A stretch of DNA of 63,942 nucleotides, counting the filler, from Octopus bimaculoides (lineage: Eukaryota): the NCBI RefSeq assembly GCF_001194135.2. It is 7 parts of 6 records of this genome, joined end to end, with 100 filler letters (N's around TTAATTAATTAA, not from the genome) between each part and the next. Parts side by side here need not be neighbours in the genome. Positions count along the whole stretch, not along the records: positions 62,556 to 63,942 come from NC_068987.1; 6 more parts are not named here. One strand, given 5' to 3'. Within the stretch, counting starts at the first letter, position 1; each line of letters opens with the position of its first letter. Below the pieces are notes generated by a model. It was given only the letters and a program-made list of their open reading frames with translations. It ran no database searches and was not told the origin of the DNA. The position numbers were made by a program, and so were the translations under genes. Shown in pieces: positions 63,268 to 63,942 of the stretch.

Positions 63268-63942
63268 GTTGGTCGGTTTGCGTCCTGGGTCGAATGGACT
63301 GGAGGCAAATGCGCGAAAATAAAAGTCAGTCAGGTGATGACACAGCAAAGCGGGAAAGAGTTGTTTTCTGCTACGCTCGCATTTGTACATATATAACCGT
63401 GAGAGAGGTGGTTTCACTACATATATATAGAGAGAGACATACACACACACACACACACATATATTTTTATTATATCCACACAGGGCTAAATACAGAAAGT
63501 GGACAAAATACAATGTAGAGCTTTTCTTTTGGGGAAAAAAAAACGAAAAAGGAAGGTGGGTAGAATTTCGATCAAAAGGGATCATGAAAAAAAAATACCA
63601 TGGGGAAAGCCGATCAATTGGGATCGTGTATCACTGTCAATGTAAAAGGGGGAGCAGATTAGGTTTATCCGTGGAGAGAAGAAAAGCCTACGGAAAATAC
63701 CACGATCAGTTTTTAAAAAAGGTACATGAAAGTAAGTACTTTGTCTCTCTTTGTCTCTTTTTCTCACATGTTTATGCTTAAACTGGTGTCGTCTTTCGTA
63801 CTTACCATTCTTGCCACATTTACCCATTTTTTATTGAAACATTAATTCGATAACACTTTCCTCTCTATTCTTATCCTCCTTTTCAAGTGGTACTTGAAAA
63901 AGTTGACGAGATACTGACCATAGAGGAAAGTGTTTGTTAGTA

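Overview
AT-rich eukaryotic genomic DNA with many N gaps and heavy microsatellite content. The tRNA-derived/CORE-like SINEs, RTE tails and (TA)n/(CA)n load point to an octopus (cephalopod) draft assembly; the species is inferred, not proven. The only confidently recognisable host gene is eIF3D (eukaryotic translation initiation factor 3 subunit D): its last two coding exons lie on the + strand at 31569-31761 and 32366-32476. I found no upstream exons in the preceding 31.5 kb. Most other interpretable sequence is decayed mobile DNA: mariner, Tc1, pogo/Tigger and Merlin (ISXO2-like) transposase remnants, MITEs, Helitron pieces (one with both termini), a Gypsy LTR element, RTE, CR1-like and Penelope retroelements, and several SINE types. 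The most notable observations are: (1) recurrent degenerate TTAGGG modules inside mobile DNA, including a foldback element with head-to-head telomere-like arrays; (2) an RTE 3' UTR that has seeded a 62-bp minisatellite; (3) an eIF3D tail reading Glu-Thr at the human S528/S529 phospho-switch, followed by a duplicated stop cassette; (4) an unexplained 343-nt spliceable exon candidate on the - strand. I found no convincing new multi-gene system. No rRNA, true tRNA gene or CRISPR array was seen. All alignments and translations were done by eye and family names come from recalled motifs, so boundaries of decayed elements are approximate.
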